Origin: Candidatus Aquidulcis sp. | GTDB taxonomy: Bacteria; Chloroflexota; Anaerolineae; Anaerolineales; UBA4823 | DNA length: 64,000 nt | Assembly (NCBI GenBank): GCA_020723385.1 | Contig: DYIZ01000013.1 | Coordinates: forward strand, 1,733-65,732 | Direction of reading: 5' to 3' | In this document: piece after piece, positions 10,245-19,328 of the stretch | Numbering within the stretch: position 1 is the stretch's first letter | How the letters are laid out: each line of letters starts with the position of its first letter | Notes under the pieces: model-generated | The model's database searches: none | Told to the model about the DNA's origin: nothing | Seen by the model: the letters and a program-made list of their open reading frames with translations, nothing else | Position numbers and translations under genes: made by a program

Positions 10245-11147
10245 TCAGGGGATAGGGACCTCGGCGACTAAAGTGCGCACCGCCTCGATGGTCATCTCTT
10301 TCTCTAAACCAGTGCGAATCTCCCAAGTCTCGCTGTGGTTTATTTCGCTTCCGGGCGCCAATCGCTGCAATGGGCCGAGGGTTTCCAGCTCGAAGAAGCG
10401 GAAATTTGCATACACTTCCACGTTGCAGCCGAAATCCACAAGCGGGAGATCGGGCTGGGGGATAAAACGTTTGACCAGCATAGTTCCGTTGCGCAGATAG
10501 GCAGCCCAGCCGTGGGTATTGAAATATCCGATTTTGAACGGCGAGGGGGCGGCTTCATTGCCGAGGGGCAGGCCTCGCACGAGCACGACATCATCATGCC
10601 ATTCCAGACGGGGATCATCGAAATGAGTGTACGGCCAGAAAGCAAAGCGCCGGTTGGGGGCAAACGGGTTGCCGTCCACATCGCCTTGTGGCTGCGGCAG
10701 GATCGCCACACCGCCCAATGGAAGCTGCGTGATGCCCCAAGGGGCCAATTCTACCGGCCACGCTCCCTCATTCCGCAGGCAATGCGCCAGAGTCAGCACT
10801 GGGCGGTCAGGATGGAGATGGATTTCCAGGCTTTTACGAATACCGGTGAGCGCTTCGATGGGGCCAATCAGACGCACGCCGTCTGACAATTCATCGAGCG
10901 TCAAGCCGCCGTCATCGGGGATATAGGTACGCGGGGAAAATTCCGGAGCGTGCCATAGGCGATGACCGCCCCAGGTGTTGTATCTGCCGCCGGGAGTCGT
11001 CCAGAAAACGTCGGGCGTCTCGGCGAGCAAGTTCTCCGCCGAGCTGGCGACCATCAACCGGACAAGCCGCGGCCCGCTCTCTGCGAGAACGTCTACACTC
11101 AGGTGGGATGAAGAATACCGGCGAACCGGCTGGCCATAATAATCCAT
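10245..11147 (-). CDS. Galactose mutarotase-fold (DUF4380-like) protein
   Basis: GPRLVRL, WGGHRLWHAPE, GCNVEVY and ELETLGPL...HSETW pattern. Confidence 0.65.
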   Translation of the reverse strand: MDYYGQPVRRYSSSHLSVDVLAESGPRLVRLMVASSAENLLAETPDVFWTTPGGRYNTWGGHRLWHAPEFSPRTYIPDDGGLTLDELSDGVRLIGPIEALTGIRKSLEIHLHPDRPVLTLAHCLRNEGAWPVELAPWGITQLPLGGVAILPQPQGDVDGNPFAPNRRFAFWPYTHFDDPRLEWHDDVVLVRGLPLGNEAAPSPFKIGYFNTHGWAAYLRNGTMLVKRFIPQPDLPLVDFGCNVEVYANFRFFELETLGPLQRLAPGSEINHSETWEIRTGLEKEMTIEAVRTLVAEVPIP

Positions 11148-11149
11148 CT

Positions 11150-12337
11150 TTATCTTCCGCTCAACACCAGATCCAACCGGCGGGCCAACTGCCCCAGGTT
11201 GGAATCCACCATGTCAACCAGGTTCGCCTGCGGGCGGCGCAGCACTTCCGTCCAAATCTGGCATAGTGAATCAGACAGGCGCTCTTCCACCAACCCCCAC
11301 AACGGGATCAGGCGGAAGGTGCGCCCGATTTGCAGCTCCCGGTGAAGATGCTGGGTAATGGGGTCTGTCGTATACGGCGGCGAGGCGAGCACGTCCTGGC
11401 GCGCCGGGAGCAGGCTGATATTCCGCAGGTTGTTCTTCTGAAAATCACAACTGGACAGGAAATTGACCAGAGCCAGCGATTCTCGCAGGTGCGTGGTGTG
11501 CTGCCACACGACCAGGTTCGAGCCGCCGATGAAGGGCACGCCAGGCGGGAAGGTAACCCCGGAGACGGCGCGCACATCAGGCAGCGAGATCCACTCGCGC
11601 AGCAGCCAGGGGCCGCTGATCGTCACGGCGGCCTTTCCGGTCGCGTAAAACGCATCAGACGGGACATCATCCAGATCACGGGCTTCGCCTGTCAGGAATT
11701 GCCCCAGCTCGAAATACTGCCGGAGACCAGCGCAGGCTTTTGGCTCGTGAAACGTGGCGTGTTTACCATCCGGGCTGACAAATTGTCCTCCTGCTCCCCA
11801 CACCCAGGCGGCAGCGTTGTGTATGTTCATCCGGGTCTTGTGAGTTGGGATCACCAGGGGGTGGGCAACCCCGCTGTCTTTGAGCCGCTGAAGGGTGGCG
11901 ATCAGACTTTGGTGCGTGGTGAAAGCTGTGGTTTCGTCTATCCCGGCTTTCGCCAGGATATCACGACGATAGAACAGCAGCCGCGAATCCACCAGCCAGG
12001 GGATTGACCAGACCTGCGGGCTGCCGACCAGCATTCCGCCTTCCCAAGCCGATTTCAGGAAGATTTCCGGCCCGCCGAGACCGTCAATCTCAGCCTTCGA
12101 GAAAGGATGCAGGACACTCATTCCGGCCAAATCGCTGGCCCAGGTGTTGCCAATCTCGGAAACATCCGGGCCGTGTTTGTAAATGGCAACGCGCACCAGC
12201 TCCGACCAGGCATCTTTCCACGCCAGCATTTTGATGTTGACATGGATATGAGTCTGCCGCTCGAAATCCTTCAGCGCCTGTTGAAGGTCGGCAAGCGCTG
12301 TTTGCATGGAAATGACAGAAAATTCGATCTCGACCAT
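11150..12337 (-). CDS. Sugar ABC solute-binding-protein homologue with no signal peptide
   Basis: GPDVSEIGNTW, SIPWLVDSRLLFYR and FIGGSNLVV; ATG follows GGAGG 10 bp after the upstream stop; no hydrophobic N-terminal stretch. Confidence 0.8.
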   Translation of the reverse strand: MVEIEFSVISMQTALADLQQALKDFERQTHIHVNIKMLAWKDAWSELVRVAIYKHGPDVSEIGNTWASDLAGMSVLHPFSKAEIDGLGGPEIFLKSAWEGGMLVGSPQVWSIPWLVDSRLLFYRRDILAKAGIDETTAFTTHQSLIATLQRLKDSGVAHPLVIPTHKTRMNIHNAAAWVWGAGGQFVSPDGKHATFHEPKACAGLRQYFELGQFLTGEARDLDDVPSDAFYATGKAAVTISGPWLLREWISLPDVRAVSGVTFPPGVPFIGGSNLVVWQHTTHLRESLALVNFLSSCDFQKNNLRNISLLPARQDVLASPPYTTDPITQHLHRELQIGRTFRLIPLWGLVEERLSDSLCQIWTEVLRRPQANLVDMVDSNLGQLARRLDLVLSGR

Positions 12338-12347
12338 AGATTTCCTC

Positions 12348-14798
12348 CTAACCGAGGGTGACTAAAACCTGATGGGCGCCCCCATCCAGGAACAGGGGGA
12401 GTGTATTCCCCGAAATGGCTTTCCCGTCCACGAGCATGGAGGCGACGCCTTTATTCACATGCCTGGGATTGGCAACCGAAATGTTATAGGTCGTCCCGCG
12501 GAAAACGCGGGTGACGGTAAATTCATCCCACGCAGCGGGGATGCACGGGTCTACCACCAACCCGGTGTATGACGGTCGAATGCCCAGGAGGTATTGCGTG
12601 CCAGCCTGATAGGCCCACGAAGCGGTACCGGAGAGCCACGAGTTGCGCCCCAAACCAAACTGGGGATGCTCGTCGGCCAGAATATTCTGCGGGTACACGT
12701 ATGGCTCGACTTCGAACTCGTCTATCTTGTCATTCTTGCCCACCGGGTTGATCTGGCGGTAATACGCATACGCCCTGTCGCCGTGCCCGGCCAGGGTTTC
12801 AGCGATGATGACCCAGGGATTGACGTGCAGGAAGATGCCGCCATTTTCTTTAGCGCCGGGCGGGTAAGTGGTGATGCCGCCCTGGCGGGGGTTGAAACCG
12901 TTGAAACCCGGCGCAGACAGTTTGATGCCGTTACGCGTGTTGAGCCGGTGGTAAACGGCTTCCAAGGCTGGTATCGCCCGTTCGGGGGCGGCGAACCCGC
13001 TGATGACGGGCCAGGCCTGGCCGTAGGCGTAAATTTGGCCATAGCGGTTGCGCTGTGAGCCAAGCGGCGTGCCATCAGCATCGAAGTAGCTCAGAAACCA
13101 TTCGCCATCCCAGGCATGTTGGTTGACCAAATTTTTCATCTCGTCGTAGCTGGCGCGATAGGCATCGGCAGCGGCGGTTTCGTTCATGAACTGGGCCAGA
13201 GCGCTCATCTCTAACAAGGCTTTGCCGTAGATGTTGGCCGTAAACAACGATTCCGCGCCGGTCGCCAGGTTCATCGTGTCATTCCAGTCGGCGAAACCCA
13301 GGCGGGGCAGGCCATGCGCGCCGGCATCCCGCTGGGTAAAGGCGACCGCCCGCTTCAGGTGATCGCTCACGGGGCAGCTTTCCAGCGGCCGCCCGGAGCC
13401 ATTTTTCTCATAGAATGGTACAACCTCGTCGAGAAAAGTCAGGTCGCCGGTCTCTTTCAGGTAAGCGGTCACTGCCAGCACAATCCACAGGTGATCGTCA
13501 CTGTAATAATGCAAGCGGTCGTCCCGTTCGAGCGCGTCGCCCTCGCTGGCCTCCATCGAAAGCGGGTTGAACTGGTGATAAGCCGAGCCATCCCGCCGCT
13601 GGATCGAGAGCAGTTGGCGGATGAAGGTTTTCGAGTCTTCGGGCGCAGACGACACGACTGCCATCACATCCTGCGAGCCGTCGCGGCAGCCGATGCCGCG
13701 CGATCCCAGCCCAAGCTGGTAATACGACAGGTACCGCGACCAGTTTTTGGTGATGAAACACTGGCGCGGGTTATGGATATTCAACATCGAGTCGAGGGCG
13801 GGATCGGGGGTGTGAACCTGGAATTTCGAAAGATAGCCATCCCAGAAGCGGGATAACTCCGCCAGGGCGGAGTCAACCGCCTCCGGGGTGCGATAACGCT
13901 CGATGGCAGGCCGCGCCGCATCGAGAGTGGATTCCTGCCCAAGCTGGGTGATCAGCCGGCGCGTCTCGCCGGGCTGCAGAACGCCAAGATGATGCAGCAA
14001 TGCGGCAATGTTGTCGCCGCGCTGGGCTTCGTAATTGCTCAATTCTGGCTGATGCAAGCTGAGGGGATCGGCCCAAGTGCCGTATTCGTGATCGCCCAAA
14101 AAGCGGGCGCGGTCGGTCTCGAAAGAAGAAACGGGCAGATTGGAAGTGAAATAGTTGACCTTAAAATCACGGAACATGAATGGGTATTGCAACAGCACAA
14201 CCTGCCCACCCGGCTCACGGGCGGCGCGGCTCTGCATGGTTTGCGGCACCCAATCGGCGTTGGTGTACTGTTTGAGGGCATCCGGGTGGGTGTATTCCAA
14301 CACCGGGATGGCATCCACCTCGATGGAAGCGCCGGAAACATTGGTAATGCGAATATCCCGGATTTCGCGCCCATCCCCTATCGGGACGAAGATCGTCGCT
14401 TCCGTGCGCAGCCCGAAGAATTCCGAGATGATACGAGTGTAGCCCAGCCCAACGTGGCATTCGTAAAGGTCATAGGCGTCGAGGGTGGGGACGAAGAAAG
14501 GGGAGAAGATGCGGTGAATCCCCTGTCCCCTATCCCATTCACCGAGGGGGGAAGGGATAAGGGATAAGGGAATCCGGAGGTAAAGGGTTTCACCTTTGAA
14601 TTCGGAGGCGGGTAGCTGCTGGATGTATTTGGTGATCCGGCTGAGAGTGGGGTCGCCTTTGCAGATCAGCGCCCCGCCGGTTTGATCCACAAACCCGCCA
14701 AAGGCCAGCGTACCGACGTAGTTGATCCACTTCACCGGCGTCTTGGGATTGGTGATCACATACTCTCGGTTTTTGTCGTCGAAGTATCCGTAATCCAT
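12348..14798 (-). CDS. GH94 glycoside phosphorylase, specificity uncertain
   Basis: MDYGYFDDKNREYVIT, RGIGCRDGSQD, FADWNDTMNL, PPGAKENGGIFLH and WLSGTASW. Confidence 0.9.
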   Translation of the reverse strand: MDYGYFDDKNREYVITNPKTPVKWINYVGTLAFGGFVDQTGGALICKGDPTLSRITKYIQQLPASEFKGETLYLRIPLSLIPSPLGEWDRGQGIHRIFSPFFVPTLDAYDLYECHVGLGYTRIISEFFGLRTEATIFVPIGDGREIRDIRITNVSGASIEVDAIPVLEYTHPDALKQYTNADWVPQTMQSRAAREPGGQVVLLQYPFMFRDFKVNYFTSNLPVSSFETDRARFLGDHEYGTWADPLSLHQPELSNYEAQRGDNIAALLHHLGVLQPGETRRLITQLGQESTLDAARPAIERYRTPEAVDSALAELSRFWDGYLSKFQVHTPDPALDSMLNIHNPRQCFITKNWSRYLSYYQLGLGSRGIGCRDGSQDVMAVVSSAPEDSKTFIRQLLSIQRRDGSAYHQFNPLSMEASEGDALERDDRLHYYSDDHLWIVLAVTAYLKETGDLTFLDEVVPFYEKNGSGRPLESCPVSDHLKRAVAFTQRDAGAHGLPRLGFADWNDTMNLATGAESLFTANIYGKALLEMSALAQFMNETAAADAYRASYDEMKNLVNQHAWDGEWFLSYFDADGTPLGSQRNRYGQIYAYGQAWPVISGFAAPERAIPALEAVYHRLNTRNGIKLSAPGFNGFNPRQGGITTYPPGAKENGGIFLHVNPWVIIAETLAGHGDRAYAYYRQINPVGKNDKIDEFEVEPYVYPQNILADEHPQFGLGRNSWLSGTASWAYQAGTQYLLGIRPSYTGLVVDPCIPAAWDEFTVTRVFRGTTYNISVANPRHVNKGVASMLVDGKAISGNTLPLFLDGGAHQVLVTLG

Positions 14799-14812
14799 CG
14801 AGCTTCCTTCCT

Positions 14813-16117
14813 TTATCCAGTCCAGAAATCGAATGTAAACAAAGCTGCCAACAATCCCATCAGTAAAATACTCGCCACACTCCAGGCGCGGTCGAAAACT
14901 TCCTTTTCTCCCCAGCGCCCCAGAACGATGAAAACTGACGGCGCCGCCAGGATGTAGCGATGCATCCCTTGGGCTACGCCGCTCGACAGGGAAAACAGGA
15001 TGACGGCGATCCCAAACAACGAAATCGCCGGGTAACGTCCCCAGGTTCTGATGCAGGCGAATAAGGCGAACAAAATCGCGGCGAACTCGAGTGAATAATA
15101 CACCCGAGTCTGCGGATTCTCACCAAACAAAGAGAAAACTGCCTGCCCCCAGGCCTCGATTGACTGCCCGACCGCCAGCAAGCCGCGGCTGAAAAAGCGC
15201 TCTTCCACGATCCCAAACGGGCCGCCCAGCGCCACTCGCCAGACCAGGTAGGCCCACACCGGGCTGAGGGCCAGGAGCAGGCGCCCGATCATTTTCCACG
15301 AGAAATGCCATTCGAGGCCTTCGCGGAAATTCTTCAGCCAGCTCGATTCGTCGGCGGCAGACAAGCCTTGCATCTCCGCCAGCCAGGTGAATAGGAAGGG
15401 GATCACGAGCAGCCCGCCAGCGGCGCGCGTCCAGGTGGCGCAAACCGCCAGAAGAGCCGCCAAAATCCATTGTCGGCGGCGCAGCATCGCCAGCGCCCCA
15501 AACGTCAGCCCGATGAACAGCCCCTCCGTATAAATTTGCGCGAGGAAAAAAGCGGATGGAAAGATGAGCAAATAAAAGGCAGCCCGCCAGCCGCCGGAGT
15601 CGCCCAATTCTTGGCGGGTAAAATCGTATAATGCCAGCGCGGCCATCAGCGCCCCGAGCAGCGAGACGCACACACCCGACAGGGTCGCAGTGGCAATTGG
15701 AGTCAGGCCAAGCACCTTCAGCGGGAAGGAGAGCACACGCGTCGCCAGCGGGTAGAACGGGAAGAAGGCGTAATTCATCGAGTAGCAAGGCCCACTCTCG
15801 TTTGGTCCACACAACCTCGGAGCTTCCCAGGTGTAATCGGCGGGGATGGCGCGCATCGCCGGATCAGCGTAGCCGCCGACCGCAATCGAGAGGTAATATT
15901 CCGAATCCCAGGCAACATGGGAATTGAGGAAAGGCTCGAGCAGGTAGGGCTGATTCTTGTGGCTGGTTCGTTTCGTCTCGTTGGCGGTCCAGTTCAACAC
16001 GGTGTCGGGCCGTTCGAGGGAAAAGCGCGCCTGGACAATGGCCTGGTACGCAACCAGAATGATCGCCCAGGCCAGCCAGAGACGTATGATTTTCAGATAG
16101 TGTGGTTTCGTTGTCAT
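14813..16117 (-). CDS. PIG-V-like (GT-C fold) polytopic membrane glycosyltransferase
   Basis: WDSEYYLSIA..GY, NYAFFPFYP and YTEGLF motifs; many hydrophobic segments. Confidence 0.8.
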   Translation of the reverse strand: MTTKPHYLKIIRLWLAWAIILVAYQAIVQARFSLERPDTVLNWTANETKRTSHKNQPYLLEPFLNSHVAWDSEYYLSIAVGGYADPAMRAIPADYTWEAPRLCGPNESGPCYSMNYAFFPFYPLATRVLSFPLKVLGLTPIATATLSGVCVSLLGALMAALALYDFTRQELGDSGGWRAAFYLLIFPSAFFLAQIYTEGLFIGLTFGALAMLRRRQWILAALLAVCATWTRAAGGLLVIPFLFTWLAEMQGLSAADESSWLKNFREGLEWHFSWKMIGRLLLALSPVWAYLVWRVALGGPFGIVEERFFSRGLLAVGQSIEAWGQAVFSLFGENPQTRVYYSLEFAAILFALFACIRTWGRYPAISLFGIAVILFSLSSGVAQGMHRYILAAPSVFIVLGRWGEKEVFDRAWSVASILLMGLLAALFTFDFWTG

Positions 16118-17349
16118 GGGTTCAGATATCGCTCGCTCGCCAGCCGGGATTGATAAACTGCCAGCGAGTCGGGGTCAGAATCAACCCGCCAGTCGGCTTC
16201 CTTGTTGATATTAAACCACACTGCGGCGCGAACGTTGACCCGGGTTTCGATGGCGTCGAACCAGGCGTTGATCCACTCCGGTTTGGTCATGCCGTAAGCC
16301 GGGTCGGAATGCGCCGGGTCGGCGGCAGCGGATTCGCCGATCATCACCGGTTTGCGGTCGCCGAACAGCTTGTAAACCTGATCCAGCGCCGGGCCGGGGT
16401 CGGTGCGCCCCCAGCCTTTCATCAGCCCATAGAAATCCACAGCCACCCAATCCACGTACTCGTCGCCGGGATAGTAGGCTTCGAGGGCATTCCAGGTCTC
16501 GTTGGGAACAGAATACGCATTGGGACACCACACCCAAACGATATTGGCGGCCCCAATCTCTTTCACCATCACCTCATGGAGATGCCGCCAAGCTTTGACG
16601 TACTGCTGTGGATCATCGCCGTTGTCGTCGCCCGACCAGGGATACCAGTTGCCGTTCATCTCATGGCCCCAGCGCAGGAAAATGGGTTTGCCGTAGGCTT
16701 TCGCCCCCTCGGCGAAGTTGCGGATGGTGGAGTCTTCGTCGCCGTCAATCACGGCTTGCAGCACGGTTTTTTGGGTGAAGATGCGCGGCTCCCAGCCGAC
16801 CATCAGTGTAATACCCAGACCATCGCTGATATCGAGCTGCCGCTGGATGTTGCTCCAGCCGATGCCCCAATCGTAGAAAACCAGTTGCAGCACCGGCATC
16901 TTGCCGACCGTTTCCCCAAAAGTTTCCAGCTTCTCAGCCGAGGCGAGAAAATTCGAGCCTTGCGGCACAAAGATGCCATTCAATACCCGCCCCGGCTCTG
17001 GAAGCAGGGTGCGGGCATCCGCGGGGAGCGGCGCAAAATCAGAAGGGGAAGTGGGGGTGGGCATAAGAGTCGGGGTGGCCATCACTGTGGGCGAAACCAC
17101 CGGGGATTGCGGCGATCCGCAGGCGGCTACAAAAAAGAGCAGAATAAACAGACAAGGAAGGTGTGATCGAACGCCAGAACCGGAACTGTCATTCCGAGCC
17201 GTTCTTCGGCGAGGAATCCCTGAATCAATTGCCAGGTTTTGCTGACACAGGCAGGAAAACCCTGTCGTATCAGGGATTCCTCGTCGCGAAAAGTGCTCCT
17301 CGGAATGACAAAGCCACCTTTCAAGGGAAGAGAATAGTTCCCTAATCAT
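16114..17349 (-). CDS. GH26 glycoside hydrolase, lipoprotein
   Basis: LRWGHEMNGNWYPW, YYPGDEYVDW and KPVMIGES; lipobox VAAC; likely ATG at 17349 overlapping the GH3 stop codon. Confidence 0.8.
   Translation of the reverse strand: MIRELFSSLERWLCHSEEHFSRRGIPDTTGFSCLCQQNLAIDSGIPRRRTARNDSSGSGVRSHLPCLFILLFFVAACGSPQSPVVSPTVMATPTLMPTPTSPSDFAPLPADARTLLPEPGRVLNGIFVPQGSNFLASAEKLETFGETVGKMPVLQLVFYDWGIGWSNIQRQLDISDGLGITLMVGWEPRIFTQKTVLQAVIDGDEDSTIRNFAEGAKAYGKPIFLRWGHEMNGNWYPWSGDDNGDDPQQYVKAWRHLHEVMVKEIGAANIVWVWCPNAYSVPNETWNALEAYYPGDEYVDWVAVDFYGLMKGWGRTDPGPALDQVYKLFGDRKPVMIGESAAADPAHSDPAYGMTKPEWINAWFDAIETRVNVRAAVWFNINKEADWRVDSDPDSLAVYQSRLASERYLNP
17187..17310. repeat. Paired-inverted-repeat element TGTCATTCCGAG...GAGGAATCCCTG / CAGGGATTCCTC...CTCGGAATGACA
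   Basis: Perfect 12-bp terminal inverted repeats and an inner 12-bp inverted repeat; lies in the GH26 N-terminal coding region. Confidence 0.8.
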
Positions 17350-19312
17350 TCGCACAATCCAGAATAACCGGCGAGGCGTCTTTCGCGTCGAGGCCGTACC
17401 CATACGGAAACAGCGGCGCGTCGCAGCCATCAGTGGGCAGGGTAGCAAAATCGAAAGGAAGCTGGCTGTCGGCGCGCGGCCAGGAATAGGGCAGCTTGCC
17501 GGTGAATGCGAAATCGCCGAAGAGCACATCCGCCACACCCTGCCCCTCCGTGCCGGGCAGCCAGGCTGCTACCAGCGCATCCATCTGCAGGAGCTGATCG
17601 GTCAACACCAGGGGGCGTCCCGAAACGATCACCACGATCAGCCGGGCGACATGCGGGCGAAGGTTGTTGAGCGTGTTCACATCGGTAGCCGAGAGCGCCA
17701 GGGTGGCCTCGTCGCCCACACCCTCGGTGTAGGGTTTTTCACCGATCACGGCGATGCCAATATCCGCCATACCCTCGAACTGGCCTAATTTCTTGTATTC
17801 GACCTTTGCAGCAGCGGAGACCGCGGCTTCGATACCCTCTAAAATCGTCGTTCCAGGGGTAATCGCGCCTTCCTTGCCCTGCCAATCAATCGTCCAGCCG
17901 CCGCACTGGCGGCCAATGTCATCGGCGGCCGCGCCTGCCACGTAGATCAGCGGAGTATCCTTCGCCAGGGGCAGCACGCCGCCCTCGTTTTTCAGCAGCA
18001 CCAGCGACTGGCGCACCGCATCCCGCGCCAGGGCAAGATGCTCATCCGAGCGAACCGTCGCCTGCCAGGCCGGGTCCGGCATAGGGTTTTCGAAAAGCCC
18101 GAGGGCGAATTTTGCCGTCAGGATGCGCCGCACGGCGTCGTCAATACGCGCTATGGGCACATCGCCCTTATCCACTGCCTGCTTCAAAGTTTTGATAAAG
18201 GTCACATAATCGTAAGGAACCATGACCATATCCAGCCCGGCGTTGATCGAGGTTACCACAGCGGTCTTGTAATTGCTGGAAATCTGGTCAATGGCCTGCC
18301 AATCGGAAACCAGAAAGCCATCGAAACCCAGCTCACCTTTCAGGACATCGGTCAGCAGGTACTTTTGGGCGTGCATCTTCGTCCCGTTCCAACTGCTGAA
18401 CGAGACCATGATGCTCATCGCCCCGGCGTCAACCGCGGCTTTGTAAGGCGGCAGGTACAACGCCCGAACAGCGGCCTCGTCCACCTGCATGTCGCCCTGA
18501 TCGAGCTGATAGGGATGGTCGAAGATATTTTGGATGGACGTTCCCCAGGCGGTGCCGCCGTCGCCGAGGAAGTGCTTGGGGGTGGCGAGAGCGAACAAAG
18601 ATTGACCAGGGGTGGTGACCCCTGTGGGAGTTTGCATCCCCTTGAGGTAGGCGACGCTCAAGGTTGTCACCAATTCCGTATTTTCGGCGTAACTCTCGTA
18701 AGTCCGCCCCCAACGAATATCCTGCGGCACAGCGACCACCGGCGCAAAATTCCAGGGAACGCCGGTAGCGAGCATCTCCTCGGCGGTGGCGCGGCCGATG
18801 GCTTCGACCAGCTCGGGGTTGTGCGCGGCTCCCAGGCCAATCTGCTGCGAGAAAATCGTCGCGCCCTTGAGGTTGCCGTGTCCATGAACCGCATCCACCC
18901 CGTAGATCATCGGAATGCCCAGCCGGGTTTGGAGCGCCGCCTGCTGGTAGCCATTGACCATCCCGTACCAGCCAGCGACTGTGTTGTTCCCATCGGGCGA
19001 GCCGCCCCCACCGCTCAACACCGAGCCGATGAAGTATTTGGTCACATCGGCAGGTTGAATACTGTTTTTCTCGACCTGGGTCATCTGCCCGATCTTCTCT
19101 TCGAGCGTCATGCGCGAGAGCAAATCCTGGACGCGGGTTTCGATGGGCTGGCTGGGGTCGGTGTAAAGCGCCGGCTGTGATTCAGGCGTCGAGGCGGGCG
19201 CGCTGGCAGCCGTGCTGGAAGGAACGGCTGGTGTGGCAAGCGGTGTGGGTGTTCCCCCACATGATGTGAGCAGAAAAATGACAATGGTCAGGAAGAACAG
19301 AACACGGCGCAT
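17342..19312 (-). CDS. GH3 beta-glucan glucohydrolase, lipoprotein
   Basis: EKIGQMTQ, DAVHGH, RWGRTYES, KHFLGDG, VSDW nucleophile, GEKPYTEG and AWLPGTEG; lipobox LTSC. Confidence 0.93.
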   Translation of the reverse strand: MRRVLFFLTIVIFLLTSCGGTPTPLATPAVPSSTAASAPASTPESQPALYTDPSQPIETRVQDLLSRMTLEEKIGQMTQVEKNSIQPADVTKYFIGSVLSGGGGSPDGNNTVAGWYGMVNGYQQAALQTRLGIPMIYGVDAVHGHGNLKGATIFSQQIGLGAAHNPELVEAIGRATAEEMLATGVPWNFAPVVAVPQDIRWGRTYESYAENTELVTTLSVAYLKGMQTPTGVTTPGQSLFALATPKHFLGDGGTAWGTSIQNIFDHPYQLDQGDMQVDEAAVRALYLPPYKAAVDAGAMSIMVSFSSWNGTKMHAQKYLLTDVLKGELGFDGFLVSDWQAIDQISSNYKTAVVTSINAGLDMVMVPYDYVTFIKTLKQAVDKGDVPIARIDDAVRRILTAKFALGLFENPMPDPAWQATVRSDEHLALARDAVRQSLVLLKNEGGVLPLAKDTPLIYVAGAAADDIGRQCGGWTIDWQGKEGAITPGTTILEGIEAAVSAAAKVEYKKLGQFEGMADIGIAVIGEKPYTEGVGDEATLALSATDVNTLNNLRPHVARLIVVIVSGRPLVLTDQLLQMDALVAAWLPGTEGQGVADVLFGDFAFTGKLPYSWPRADSQLPFDFATLPTDGCDAPLFPYGYGLDAKDASPVILDCAND

Positions 19313-19328
19313 GGTTGACCTCGATAAC

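Noticed and set aside
17350-17538. N-terminal extension of the GH26 ORF (similar extensions on GH1, GH161, the 31-kb lipoprotein, STAND and dnaE)
   Set aside because: They overlap neighbouring genes, repeats or promoters; downstream starts fit the RBS or family N-termini better.
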